From Eledone cirrhosa (taxonomy: Eukaryota): a DNA stretch of 64,000 nt. The notes under the pieces are model-generated. The model did no database searches and was not told the origin of the DNA. It saw nothing but the letters and a program-made list of their open reading frames with translations. The stretch covers positions 17,794,001 to 17,858,000 of the forward strand of contig OZ024762.1 in the NCBI GenBank assembly GCA_964016885.1, written 5' to 3'. Below, one piece after another: positions 14,283-29,794 of the stretch (position 1 is the first letter of the stretch; every line of letters starts with the position of its first letter). The position numbers and the translations under genes were made by a program.

Positions 14283-14499
14283 AATCAATCGACTTTCGTC
14301 AAATCGGACCGAGGAAACAATGTTCCGTTGGTCTTTCCAGTTGCTAATACTATCTATCGGTCGCAACTCCAGGTAGAAGGAGCAACGTGAAATGAAGTGC
14401 CTTGCTCAAGGACATAACGCATCGCCCGGTCCAGGAATCGAACTCACAACCTCAAGATTGTGAATCCAATTCTCTAACCACTCAGCCACACGCCTTCAC
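14283..14499 (-). mobile_element. tRNA-derived SINE, family 2
   Basis: Minus strand has A box tggctgagtgg and B box gagttcgattcc, then gtccttgagcaaggcac. Second copy at 32346-32562. Confidence 0.85.
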
Positions 14500-14550
14500 A
14501 ATATATATATATATATATATATTATATAATATATATATAATATATATATA

Positions 14551-14604
14551 TTTTGATTGCCCTGATGAGTCCTTAATAGGACGAAACATTGTCGGCTAAT
14601 AAAA
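14551..14604 (+). ncRNA. Canonical type-I minimal hammerhead ribozyme
   Basis: Stem I gcc/ggc, CTGATGA (14562-14568), stem II gtcct-taat-aggac, GAAA-c-att-GTC^ with predicted cut after 14593. Confidence 0.85.
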
Positions 14605-14736
14605 ACTTTTGATGTATTAAAGGATTCTTTGTTTTACTCTCTTAATATATATATATATATATTATATATATATATATATATTATATAATATATATATTAT
14701 ATATATTATATAATATATATATATATAATATATATA

Positions 14737-14860
14737 CGCCCCTTTACGGACTGAGTTCAAATCCCGTCGAGGTTAACTTTGCCTTTCATCCTTACGGGGT
14801 CGATAAAATAAAGTACCAGTGGGATAATTGGTGGCCTTGTGCCAAAAGTAGAAACAATTA
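14737..14860 (+). mobile_element. tRNA-derived SINE family 1, 5'-truncated
   Basis: B box gagttcaaatcc, body gcctttcatccttacggggtcgataaaataaagtaccag and tail ggccttgtgccaaaagtagaaacaatt. Confidence 0.85.
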
Positions 14861-15229
14861 TATAATATATATATATTATATATTTATAATATATATATAT
14901 TATATATATATATATATATAATATTTATGCATGTATGTATGTGTGTGCGTGTGAGTTCCGTGTTCAATCGGGTTTAGTCAGTAAGGTACTCAATACACTA
15001 GTAGATCAAATTTAATATAGAAATGGCTTCTACAGGACTAGAACTGTTTCATTCGAAAGAAATCACCAGGAAAGCTTTTCTGGTGATATACTTTGAATGA
15101 AACAGTTCTCGCCCTGTAGAAGCCATATGTATATATATAAAGAGAGAGAGAGAGCGAGAGAGAGAGAGAGAGAGGGAGAGAGAGAGAGAGCCAGACGGAC
15201 AGAAATGTGTGTGAATGTATGTATATATG

Positions 15230-15304
<75 letters not shown>

Positions 15305-15359
15305 TTATGGCCCTTTACGTTCTGAGTTCAAATCCCACCGAGGTTAATTTTGCCTTTGT

Positions 15360-16065
15360 GTTGTGGGGGATGATATTGATGGTGAGGTGATGATGGTGTG
15401 GTGGTGGTGGTGGTGGTGTGGTGGTGGTGACTGTGGTGGCGGTGGTGTGGTGGTGGGGTTGTGGTGACGGTCGTGGTGGTGGTGTGGTGGTGATGGTGTA
15501 ATGGCGGTGGTGGTGGTGGTGTGGTCGTGTGGTTGTGGTGACGGTCGTGGTGGTGGTGTGGTGATGGTGTAATGGTGGTGGTGATGATGGTGGAAAATAG
15601 TGATTTCCATAGAGAAGTATACATTATTTAAAGGATGAGATAAACTAAACAACAACAACAACAATATCAATAACAACAACAATATCAATAACAACAACAA
15701 CAGGAACATGAATAACAACAACAACAATAACAATAACAACACCAAAAATATCAATAACAGCGACAATAATAATATGAATAACAACAACAACAACAATAAC
15801 AACAACAGAGAACTATACAAATAGACCCCAAAATAAAAAAAAAATGTAAGAAAGATAAAGAAAGAAAAAGAAAAAAGAAAGAAAGAAGAAAGAAAAGAAG
15901 AAAAAAGAAAAAGAAGAAAACAAAAACAAATAAAAGATGAAAAATAAAAACGAATGAAAGAAAGCAAGAAAAAAGAAAACGGAAAGAAAAAATAAAGAAA
16001 GAAAGGAAAAGGAAAGAGAGAGCGAAAGAAAGAACGAAAGAAAGAAAGAGAGGAGAAGAACAGAT
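15360..16065. repeat. (GGT)n, (CAA)n and (GAAA)n low-complexity tracts
   Basis: Visible simple repeats. Confidence 0.9.
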
Positions 16066-16171
16066 GCAGAAAAGTGGGCAACATATGGGTGTTGCACAGT
16101 TCCAACATCTATGAATGGAATATATATATATATATATATACACACACATATATATATACATATATATATAT

Positions 16172-16340
<169 letters not shown>

Positions 16341-16344
16341 TATG

Positions 16345-16456
<112 letters not shown>

Positions 16457-16466
16457 GAGAGGGAGG

Positions 16467-16497
<31 letters not shown>

Positions 16498-16664
16498 GGG
16501 GGGAGGGAGAGATGCCCCGGGTGTGTGTGTATGTGTGTGTGTGTGTGGAGGGGGGGGGGGGGGGGGGGGCTTAGATCTGCTTACTTTACACAATTTCATT
16601 CCAGTTGATAGCAAAATACTCTAACTTCTCAAAAGCAGTCATTGCCTTACTGTGTATACATGCC

Positions 16665-16709
<45 letters not shown>

Positions 16710-16730
16710 GATATATATATATATATATAT

Positions 16731-16815
<85 letters not shown>

Positions 16816-16956
16816 GGTTTGAGGTTCACCACTGTATAGAGCTGGTCTATTCCGTGGCGACCGGCTGAGGTTGAAGGAACAGAATAGCGGTCGCCCTCGG
16901 GTCTCGATTTTCAGCCCCATGGATTTTACCTATTACATTCACGTATTATATTTCGA

Positions 16957-17014
16957 ATACCTGATGATATCACCGGATTCATACGGAACCCGGTCATTGA
17001 AATGATCATAGTAT
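16957..17014 (+). ncRNA. Hammerhead ribozyme motif, family G
   Basis: Stem I atac/gtat, CTGATGA (16961), stem II with accgg/ccggt, GAAA (16999), palindromic tgatca, then TA^. Confidence 0.7.
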
Positions 17015-17064
17015 AATAAACCTTTCAAGGATTTACACAAATCCAGCTTCCTGTCATTTCATTA

Positions 17065-17134
<70 letters not shown>

Positions 17135-17143
17135 TAGATATGT

Positions 17144-17378
<235 letters not shown>

Positions 17379-17393
17379 AATATATATATATAT

Positions 17394-17444
<51 letters not shown>

Positions 17445-17445
17445 G

Positions 17446-17518
<73 letters not shown>

Positions 17519-17635
17519 GTGTATATATATATATACATATATTTATATATATATACATATATTTATATATATATATATACATATATTTATATATATATAT
17601 ATACATATATTTATATATATATATATATATTTATA

Positions 17636-17680
<45 letters not shown>

Positions 17681-17718
17681 ATTTATATATATATATATGC
17701 ATATATGTATACGTATAT

Positions 17719-17888
<170 letters not shown>

Positions 17889-17891
17889 GTA

Positions 17892-17930
<39 letters not shown>

Positions 17931-18286
17931 GACTTACGCAGTCACACTATCCACACGCGTGCATATGATTTGTTATCGCACTCTTCCTTTCTCAAAACTA
18001 CTTCCTCAATGCCTCTTTAATAGTTGGACTATTCCCTTGTTTTAACTGTTGCATGTATTCCACTCCGTGCTTTTGATTTTGATTTTAATTTAATTTGAAC
18101 TTGAATTTGAACTTGACTGTTTGTACAATTATTGTACAATTCTCGTAAAATATATGTCACATCCATTCCACCCTGTAAATACGAAACTGTTGCTCACAAT
18201 ATCAATTTATATGTATCTATGTTATTGTTCAGTTGAATAGGAGGTTAATTATATGTGCAAACATTAATTATATGTGCAAACATTGA

Positions 18287-18340
18287 TAATGCTCCGATGA
18301 TTCCAAGCGAGAGTTTGGAAGAAACGATTGTCAGCTATTA
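18287..18340 (+). ncRNA. Hammerhead ribozyme motif with a U4C core variant
   Basis: Stem I gct/agc, CCGATGA (18294-18300), 8-bp stem II ttccaagc-GAGA-gtttggaa, GAAA-c-gatt-GTC^. Confidence 0.75.
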
Positions 18341-18508
18341 AATGATTTGAACACAACTTTGATAATTGTATAATTTATTTATTTTCCTGCTCTGTAAAAC
18401 AACTGATGTTCATACATTGAGCTATTTCTCTTACTGCTAATAAGGTAATTAAGAAATTACTGACCTTCCTGTTTATAGTTGTTTATACTATATACATATA
18501 GTATATAG

Positions 18509-18666
<158 letters not shown>

Positions 18667-18693
18667 CATACATACATATATATATATGTATAT

Positions 18694-18764
<71 letters not shown>

Positions 18765-18920
18765 TGTGTGTGTTAAGGATTTCCGAAGAAAAGCCAAAGG
18801 AAGAAAGAGTGCTCTATGTATAAAACAGAGCTATAAAACAGGAACTAGGCGTATGTTAATATTGTCTGAAACCTTTGGTAATGGAGTAGTTATATATTGT
18901 ATTGTTCACTTTCTAATTAA

Positions 18921-18973
<53 letters not shown>

Positions 18974-18989
18974 GTGTGTGTGTGTGTGT

Positions 18990-19146
18990 AAAAGGTAAAC
19001 AGAAATAGCAACACAATTGGTACAGTATATGGAAGGGATATATTAGGTTAACGCTTTATATAGAAGGGAGAGGGTCTTAACGTTTCAGACGCTAGTCCTT
19101 CATCAGAAGAAAGAATGAGAAATAAAATCGATTGAGGGGACGGGCG
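18990..19146 (-). mobile_element. Family D element with hammerhead motif
   Basis: Minus strand reads tctt-CTGATGA-a-ggac-tagc-gtct-GAAAcgtt-aaga at about 19074-19110. Homologous copy at 26722-26880. Confidence 0.75.
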
Positions 19147-19260
19147 ATATATATATATATATATAATATATATATATATATATAATATATATATATAATA
19201 TATATATATAATATATATATATAATATATATATATAATATATATATATATAATATATATA

Positions 19261-19445
19261 TGTTTCTACTTTAGGCACAAGGCCAGCAATTATCCAGTAC
19301 ATTACTGGTACTTTATTTTATCGACCCCGTAAGGATGAAAGGCAAAGTCAACCTCGGCGGGATTTGAACTCAGATCGTAAAGGGACGTAACTATGCTGGA
19401 AAGCATGGCGTCAAACCCTCTACCTATACTGCCAATCCACCACCC
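19261..19445 (-). mobile_element. SINE family 1, full length
   Basis: Minus strand head ggtggattggcagtataggtaga (A box), B box and conserved tail. Confidence 0.9.
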
Positions 19446-19541
19446 TATATATTATATATAATATATATATATAATATATATATATATATATAATATATAT
19501 ATATAAAATATATATATATAATATATCTATATATATATATA

Positions 19542-19573
<32 letters not shown>

Positions 19574-19690
19574 TAACAGAGAGATAGACAGAGAGGTGTG
19601 AGAAAGAGAGAAAGATAGAGAGGGAGGGAGAGAGAGAGATAGTGGGAGAGAGAGAGAGAGAGATAGAGAGGGAGAGAGAGGGAGAGAAAG

Positions 19691-19747
<57 letters not shown>

Positions 19748-19929
19748 GGGAGAGATAGTGACTGACCTGAAAGATAGATATATATATATAGATATCAGAG
19801 AGATAACCTTTACTGGTCTAGGACTCTCTCATTCGTATGAAATCATCAGGAATGCCTTGGACATATATATATCTCTCGTCTGTCTATCTATATGTGTGTG
19901 TATGTGTGTGTGTGTATGTATATGTGTGA

Positions 19930-19978
<49 letters not shown>

Positions 19979-20237
19979 CAAGTATGAATATAAAACTACT
20001 TATGTTAAAATAACGACTTTTCATAAATATTTTCTCTCTGCATGAGTTCACCAAAAACTTTACCAGAATTATCAATAAAAAAAACATGAAGAAAAAAAAC
20101 TGAAAATAATCCAAAACAAATTTTTAAAACTCCCAAACTAAACCATCTGTCAGTGTAAAGCATGTGTTCTTGTTGATATCAACTAGATATGACATGAGTG
20201 ACATAACTTGGAGGAATTAAGCTCTCAACGTATCACT

Positions 20238-20292
<55 letters not shown>

Positions 20293-20500
20293 ACAACACA
20301 CACAAAAACAAGATGGCGTAGGACAGAACAAAGGAGAGGCACAAAACAAAGAGAAGAATCCCCAGTCACTGAAGAGGTCACAGAATGTGTGACGAAAGAA
20401 CTTTGACAATATATGAACAACCGCCCGGTTGTGGAACCAACCAACCGGAAATTTATAAATTCTTAAATTTATAATAAATTGAAGTGAAAGCAACTGGTGC
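20293..20500 (+). mobile_element. Family C element with hammerhead motif
   Basis: gtca-CTGAAGA (20369)-g-gtcaca/tgtgac-GAAA (20394)-gaactt-tgac. Copies at 21130-21552 and 58086-58715. Confidence 0.75.
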
Positions 20501-21129
20501 GTTAACCCTTTGTGCGCCATTCATCTAACTGTAGATCAACAAATACCAAGTAAACGGAGCGTTGACAAGGTAAGCAGTTTCCTCCCGAGCTGTTAGTTCA
20601 CGCGGGATTCTCTGCTACACCTTTTCGTAATAATACCGAACGGACTGCTGGTCACCCCTTCCTCCAAAAGCCGTACAAAGCGGACATGTGCATCGGGCAG
20701 ATGGATCGGGTGCAAATCTACACCAGACCTACGCAAGAAATTCGCAAGGGACTGCACCGAGAGGGATAGAGAGAAAGAGTAACTTAGTGGGAAGAGTGCA
20801 AATGAACTTTTGAGGTAAGTAGCCTACGCCTTACTGCTATGACACTGGAACCTTCTGCCAACTTAACCTGTGACTTTCTCTTTCACATTTACTCAAATAG
20901 GCCAAAACAGAGGAGTATGAAAAGAAGGGGCTCAACAATATTTCTATGAACAATGCACGTAGACAGCTAAACGGTACTTTCAACTTCTTAACTTTCTCCA
21001 AATAAAACAAGTTTCCTGTCGGTATATTTTCGTCAGTTTTTAACAGGCACTCACAAATGAACGTTTCTCATTGGAGGTGCTATTACCAATGTTTTTACCC
21101 GCCGGGATACACTGCTAGTATATATATAT

Positions 21130-21546
21130 ATATTTCGTTTCTGAATTTGTTTAGCAAGATTCTTTATCTGAAAACGTGTGTTGAAACCGATATTGTTATG
21201 CTTTGGGAGGGTCATGTTGCCAATAAGAAACACACGCACTAGTTGCTTTCACCCCGATGTAACACATGCGCAAACTAAGCACACAACACACACAAAAACA
21301 AGATGGCGCAGGACAGAACAAAGGAGAGGCACAAAAACAAAGAAAAGAATCCCCAGTCACTGAAGAGGTCACAGAATGTGTGACGAAAGAACTTTGACAA
21401 TATATGAACAATCGTCTGGTTGTGGAACCAACCAACCAACCGGAAATTTATAAATTCCTAAATTTATAAATTTAATTTATAATAAATTGATGTGAAAGCA
21501 ACTGGTGCGTGTGTTTCTTATTGGCAACATGATCCTCCCAAAGCAT

Positions 21547-21552
<6 letters not shown>
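21130..21552 (+). mobile_element. Family C element with inverted terminal segments
   Basis: tattgttatgctttgggagggtcatgttgccaataagaaacacacgcac (about 21191-21250) is the reverse complement of about 21492-21552. Hammerhead core at 21360-21398. Confidence 0.75.
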
Positions 21553-21636
<84 letters not shown>

Positions 21637-21725
21637 GTGTGTGTGTGTGTGTGTATGTACCATAGTACTCGATACTTGGGGTAGTAGAGTGGGTAATATG
21701 AACAACTTCAGGATCCTGAATTTTT

Positions 21726-21787
<62 letters not shown>

Positions 21788-22270
21788 GTTTACATTTAAG
21801 TACTTACACCCAGACACAACACACAGATACGCGCTCTCAGACACACACATGTGTGTTTATAACTACAACTTTCTTGAAAAATATATGAATAAATACATAA
21901 ACAATAACGTAAATAAAAGTAGATAAACAAATACGAACTATTTTAAATACCATTCATTGCTTTAAATTATTATTTTGCAATGGTTTATACTTTCTTCCGT
22001 ATGATATTTACATTTGCATATTTTTTATAAATATTTGCACACACACATATATATATATTATGTTTTTATATTTTTATATATTCTATTTCGTATAATTTTT
22101 ATAAATATTTGTATATTATAAATATATTTTATATTTTTCATTTGATATTTTTTATATTTTGTATAGGTTTCCTAAATATTTGTATAGTATATATATATAT
22201 ATTTTTTTTATATTTGTATACATTTTATATATATATTTATTTTATATTTGTACATTTTTTATATTTGTAT

Positions 22271-22311
<41 letters not shown>

Positions 22312-22762
22312 TATGTATTTGCATATATTTATTCATATATTTGCATATATTTATATATATATGTTTTTATATATTTATATATTTATATATCTGTATATTT
22401 TCATATATTTGCATATACTATTATATATATATATTTTATTATTTAGGAGCGGGTAGGGTGCACTATTTTGAAAGGTGCAACTTTAAACATTTGCTGTTGT
22501 AATAGTTGCTGTCGGTGTTTAAAATGGTGGAAATTGCAGACGTTTATCTAGCTGTCGCTAGTATAATTTATTTAATGCATTTTACGCCATCTCATTTTTT
22601 TCTCTTCCTTTGTATTATGGGAATCATATTCATTTTTTATTGTAATTTTAATAACTTTCAGATCTTTATCTATGTTTTATTTTTATTTAATTACCTTCAT
22701 ATTTCTTTTCAATATTTCTATTTATTATTCTATTTTTCTTCGTCTTTTAGTATCTCGATGTC

Positions 22763-22810
<48 letters not shown>

Positions 22811-22835
22811 GTGTACGTGTATGTATATGTATAGG

Positions 22836-22879
<44 letters not shown>

Positions 22880-22919
22880 TATACATATATATACATATAT
22901 ACACATCCATATATACATT

Positions 22920-22958
<39 letters not shown>

Positions 22959-23142
22959 ATACATATATATATACATACATATACATGTATACATGTATAT
23001 ATACATATATATATACATATATATATATATGTGTGTGTGTGTATGTGCGTATATATGTATATATATATATACATATATATATGTACATATATATATATAT
23101 AAATGTTTGTATATATATATATATATATATGAATATACATGA

Positions 23143-23181
<39 letters not shown>

Positions 23182-23209
23182 CATACAGATATGTGTGTGT
23201 GTGTGTGAG

Positions 23210-23294
<85 letters not shown>

Positions 23295-23643
23295 GTATTC
23301 TGTTTTATTGCTTAACCTGAAGAGGATGTCAATATGGCGGACTAAGCATGGTATTTGGTTTTTTTAAGAAAAGCACCCACCCTATACACTGAGTTCTGGC
23401 ATTTTATGGTCGTTCAATTCATTATTATTATTGTTGTTATTATTATTATTATTATTGTTATTATTATTATTCCGTTTTTGTCGTAACAGAATCAACGCAA
23501 TATAAACAATAGCAGATGTTGAATATCATGCATAACAACGGACAGACGCACTCATATACTCATACACACTGTACATACATACATATATACACACTGCACA
23601 TACATACATACATACATACATACACACATACATACATACATAC

Positions 23644-23993
23644 ATGGTGGCTGCCAACTCGTTTTCGAGTACGGCCACTACTTTATATCCATGTAGGAGA
23701 ACCCCTACCGATGCGCTAAACGAGTGTGACTTTTTAGTCCAGCCAGCGACTTGAAAACTCTGGTACAAACACTACACTTGTGACAATTATTGACACATAG
23801 TGCTTTACCTTTGGTACCATGTGACGACAAGTGCAGAGAGATCTCCAGATTCAAAGCAATGCCTGTGCCGTGAAGCTTTTATAGTGAGCAAAGGCACTGC
23901 ACAAAGCCAGTCCCACTCTCTTAACCAAGATGATATTTACCAAAAAGAAGAACAAGTCAACATCATTGGATACCATCAGGGTTGCAGGTGTTA
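23644..23993 (-). mobile_element. RTE-type LINE 3' fragment with C-terminal zinc finger and (ATGT)n tail
   Basis: Minus strand gives CHKCSVCTRVFKSLAGLKSH and ends gagttggcagccaccat(gtat)n. Copies at 55938-56285 and 56400-56632. Confidence 0.7.
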
Positions 23994-24261
23994 TACATAC
24001 ATACATACATACATACATACAGACACACACACCTACATATATATATATATATATACATACATACATAGATATGAAAATGTGGGAATCCCAGATGCAGAAA
24101 TTAACTGTAACAACAGTTGATCGCTATAAATAATAGCTTAAAAATTCGGGCAAAATACGGAGTTAGGTCAAATTGTTTTGTTTCACAAACGTAAGCTTAT
24201 TCTCTCATTGAGTGAGTTATGGCCGAAGGTCGCTAAAATAATTTCAATAACATATATATTT

Positions 24262-24458
24262 ATAACGAAGGAATTGTGGTAAGGAACCAGGTGGACCATA
24301 ACGCACCAGAGCACTCAATACTTAAGGTAGTAGAGTGGGTAATAGGAAAAAGTATTACCCCGACGGCAGAGCTCAAGCCGTTTCGACGGCTATTTCTGGT
24401 CCAGAAATAGCCGTCGAAACGGCTTGAGCTCTGCCGTCGGGGTCATACCTTTTCCTAT
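24262..24458. mobile_element. Family L element ending in a foldback (24344-24458)
   Basis: ccccgacggcagagctcaagccgtttcgacggctatttctgg is mirrored. Same structure at 58735-58930, partial copies at 33062-33150 and 21660-21700. Confidence 0.75.
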
Positions 24459-24677
24459 ATATATTTATATATAAAGGAAAAGAAAGACTTCACTTGTAGT
24501 TGTAAACCATTTGATTTAATTATATATATAATATTATGATTTTTAAAAATCTTCCCACCGAAGTTAACAAAGAACCTACTAAATCTACCAAATCATAATA
24601 TAAAATTAAATCAAGTGAAGTCATTTTTTCCTTTTTTAAATATACCTAACTCTACCAAAGATTTCACTCATTTTCCA

Positions 24678-24731
<54 letters not shown>

Positions 24732-24734
<3 letters not shown>

Positions 24735-24934
24735 GTATAAAAAACAACAATACAATATAATTACCTCATTACCAGAGGTTTCCCGAATAAGGCGAATACG
24801 AAAGAAACGTCTTCATTCGTTCGTCGGACGAGGCAATGAAGACGAACGAATGAAGACGTTTCTTTCGTATTCGCCTTATTCGGGAAACCTCTGGTAATGA
24901 GGTAATTATATTGTATTGTTGTTTTTTATACATT
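24732..24934. repeat. Perfect inverted repeat with arms of about 94 bp next to (TA)n
   Basis: aatgtataaaaaacaac...cattcgttcgtc and gacgaacgaatg...tttatacatt, with a short loop. Confidence 0.9.
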
Positions 24935-25006
24935 AAATTTTGCTCTGGTATTTACATAGAGCACTCTTCACTCCTATGACTTTTTCTGTTTGCAACGGAA
25001 ACTTCA

Positions 25007-25041
<35 letters not shown>

Positions 25042-25251
25042 TGTAATAAACAACATAAGATAATTATTTCATTTACCAGTGGTTACTTGAAAGCAAACAA
25101 ATTTGCTTTCAGTCATCAGAATGAAAAAGTCCTGGTGTTTTTATTGAATGTTGTTTATTACATAACTAATAAGCTCTGTAACCTACATAGAGCACTCTTT
25201 TTTCCTGGACCTTTCCGACGGAATTACTTCATTTACACACACACACACATA

Positions 25252-25330
<79 letters not shown>

Positions 25331-25669
25331 GAAGTCTAAAGTCTGTCTCAAGCCCGGGGACTCACGTGGCCGGTGGCTATCTTAAGTTATTGTCATTAAG
25401 CAACTGAGAGTACAAGACACCCTTATGGGGGTACGCCAGAGTGTATGGATATAATTAAAAGATGAATGTAAATACGTTTGTGCGTATGTGTCTATTTGTC
25501 TGTCTGTATATATAGTTTGATATCATTACCAAAACATTGCTCAATAACTCATACTAACTAATTGTGTACTCTGCATGATAAGTACAGTCCCACAATTGCA
25601 AGATTTTAATCTCATTGAGTGAGTGGATGAGGGCTAGAGATCGTTGAAATAAATTAGGTGACTTTTGTA

Positions 25670-25932
25670 TCATGGAATATATGCGCAGCAAGTTCAGATG
25701 GACTGGACACGTCACCCGGTTCACCGATAATTGGTGGACCCGCGCAGTTGCCGAGTGGTACCCGCGCGACCGGAAACGACCACTCGGAAGGCCTCCACGA
25801 GGGTGGAGTTACAATTTGAAGAATACGATTGGGACTACATGGATGAGGAAAGCACGATCCAGAGAGGAATGGACGGCGTGCTGTGACCAGCGGCGCTGAA
25901 TGGACGCCCGTCAGACTGGTCGGTCAAGGTGA
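25670..25932 (+). mobile_element. RTE-type LINE 3' end
   Basis: KFRWTGHVTRFTDNWWTRAVAEWYPRDRKRPLGRPPRGW...ARSREEW is a typical RTE C-terminus, followed by (TATC)n. Confidence 0.85.
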
Positions 25933-25963
<31 letters not shown>

Positions 25964-26107
25964 ATATATATATATATACACATGTAAACTCGGATATCTG
26001 AAGAGGTGTCGATTAAGAGTCGGGATCCGATCGCCTGGTCAAACCCGATCTGATCGATATCGAAAAACATTTATTGTATTCAGCCATGTAGGGCGATACA
26101 ATTTTTT

Positions 26108-26148
<41 letters not shown>

Positions 26149-26432
26149 TTAAGCATAAGAAATTATTATGTACTCTTTCATTTCTACGCACGTTTCATTG
26201 CGGCCATAACATCACATTTATTTGTAGAAAAACTGGAAATTACCAATTAACAATTATCTACATCATACGTGTTACACACTAACCGTATATCTTAAGGATA
26301 ATGTGCGTTGGGCTTCTTTCATTTTATCAAAGGAAATAGTGAAGTACTTCACCATAACTACATATTATATATATAAAAGAAAAAAAGGTTTTTTTAAAAT
26401 GAAATAAACGAGATATCCTACACGAGTGAAAG

Positions 26433-26726
<294 letters not shown>

Positions 26727-26900
26727 GGTAAATAGAAATAACGACACAATCGGTACAGTATATGGAAGGGATATATTAGGTTAACGCTTGATATAGCAGG
26801 AAGAGGGTCTTAACATTTCGGATGCCAGTCCTTCATCAGAAGAAAGAATGAGAAATAAGATAGATTGATGGGACGGGCGGGTTGGAATTGGAAAAAATGT

Positions 26901-26943
<43 letters not shown>

Positions 26944-26969
26944 CTTTATATATAGAGAGAAAAAAATGT

Positions 26970-27054
<85 letters not shown>

Positions 27055-27085
27055 CTTTATATATATATAGAGAGAGAAAAAATGT

Positions 27086-27138
<53 letters not shown>

Positions 27139-27884
27139 AGTCTATAAAGTTAACTGTCTCTAATACGTAAACATCTCAATGAAAGGATATTAATATTTGA
27201 TCTACGCAGTGAAGTATTAGAATATATTAAACTAAAGCCAAAATCTCATTTTGGGAGGATATGTATGTATGTATGTTATCTCTTTCTCTTAATTTCGAGT
27301 ATATTTTTTTGACCGGCCACCTTCATGGTGGCAAGGTTGTAAAAGAAAAGAAATTGTCATCCCTTGAATCGCAAGAATGTTTTGCAAATTTTGATGTATG
27401 TATGTATGTATGTATGTATGTATGTATGTATGTATGTATGTATGTATGTATGTATGTATGGATGTATGTATGTATGTATGTATGTTCTTCTGGTTTTATA
27501 AATTTACAAAGTTTTTCCCAATAGAGAGAGAGAGAGTCGGTTTCTAACATAGACACAAGACACTCTCATTGGAATTTTCACAACATCAACTAGGTAGATA
27601 TGTATGCATGTCTGCATGCATAGATGTGTAGATATGGATGTTATTGTATGTGTGAATGTGTATGTTTTGAGTTGTATGTGTGCATGTGTATATACTTAGT
27701 ATCTGTACATGTGTATATGCAGTATTAGATGCAAAATTTTGGGAATGTTTTACATATTTTTACTGTTCCATTAATGGATTGTACTTGTAATTTCTTAACT
27801 AGTTGTGTTCTTTCTGTTCCTGTGAAGCCCAGCTTCTCAAGATTTGTATTGAGGTATGTATGTATGTATGTATGTATATTTGTA

Positions 27885-28274
27885 TGCTATCTATTTGTCT
27901 TAATTTCGAGTATATTTTTGACCGACCACCTTCCTGGTGGCAAGGTTGTAAAAGAAAAGAAATTGTCATCCCTTGAATCGCAAGAATGTTTTGCAAATTT
28001 TGAAGGTGCCAGCTATCGCAGCCATTTGTAGACTATGAATTAGGGAGCTGCGCTCTTTGTCCGCAAATCCAAGTTCAGTTATACTTTGGTCCAAGCGGGT
28101 TGGTATATAACCTGTGGCTCCAATAATGATGGGTATGAAACTAAAGGTGTATCTTGGATACTGGATTTGTAAACTCCTCACCAATGGTCCGTAGATGTCC
28201 TCCTTCTCTTGTATTTTTCTGACAACGTTTACATCATGTGGGCAGAGGATTTCCACAACAGAACACGTTTTCAA
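27885..28274 (-). mobile_element. Dong/R4-clade non-LTR retrotransposon 3' end (restriction-like endonuclease)
   Basis: CSVVEILCPHDVNVVRKIQEKEDIYGPL...IPIIIGATGYIP...LQMAAIAGTFKICKTFL matches the RLE C-terminus. Bounded by (TATG)n, with a partial copy at 27275-27394. Confidence 0.8.
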
Positions 28275-28709
28275 TGTATGTATGTACGTACGTATGTATG
28301 TATGTGTGTGTCTCTGGGTGTATGTTTGGGTGGGTGTATGTAGTATATATATATGTAGCCAATTGCATAAGATAGGTTTTTAAAGACAGATTCTAATTGT
28401 ATTATATATTATGGCACATTTATATTCTAAATATCCGCTTGTCATCTTTTGAAAGAAATTACTGGACTTTTTAATGTATTTCTTCTCCCATAAACTACGT
28501 TTCCTCGACCAACGTGGGAGCCTCTACCTGGACGATAGTGTTGCTAGAAATAGTAGCGTATGGTCCCTCATGAGATCTAAAAGGAGGAGAGGTCCTAGAC
28601 ACACGGTGACAGGAAATATAACCGGGGAAAGGATGTTGTAGGGGTTAGGTCATGCTTGCCACAGGTTTGATTATAGTTATAATCCATCAGCAATGACTTA
28701 CAGGATAAC

Positions 28710-28783
<74 letters not shown>

Positions 28784-28844
28784 ATAAATACGTATATGTA
28801 TAGAAGTGTATATTATATATGCATATATAGATTATATATGTGTG

Positions 28845-28931
<87 letters not shown>

Positions 28932-29179
28932 TGGATGTATATATTATATATATATTATATAATAGATACAACATATATAGATACATGTATATATTACATA
29001 TACATATATAATATATATATTTACATAATATATACATACATATATCTATGTATATATATATGTGTGTGTGTGGATGTGTGTTTGTATGAGATTATTGTAA
29101 ATTTGCGTGACGGTCTTTGGTTGTGAGAGAGAGAGAGAGACAGAGATAGAGAGCGAGAGAGAGAGGGACAGAGAGGGAG

Positions 29180-29216
<37 letters not shown>

Positions 29217-29439
29217 AGTTAAATAAGCAAAGACAGACAGAAAAGGTAGAAAGTAAAGCCAGCCATCAACAACAACAACAGCAATAGCATAAACAACATT
29301 AAAAACAGTAACACTAATTGTTATATAGAGGGCGTTGTCAGCATGGCTGTGCAGAAAATGGCATGTTTTCGCAGAAACAATGCATTTTAGGGAAACTCAA
29401 GACTTCAAGACAATGACTCATGCACACATACATATATAC

Positions 29440-29519
<80 letters not shown>

Positions 29520-29611
29520 GTATGTATATATATATATATATATATATACGTATGTATGCAATTCTATAGTTCGTTGTCGATAGTAATATAATGTGCTATT
29601 GATGATACGAT

Positions 29612-29794
<183 letters not shown>

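Noticed and set aside
14420-14499. tRNA-like sequence with A and B boxes
   Set aside because: It continues into a SINE body that is repeated at 32346, so it is a SINE head and not a tRNA gene
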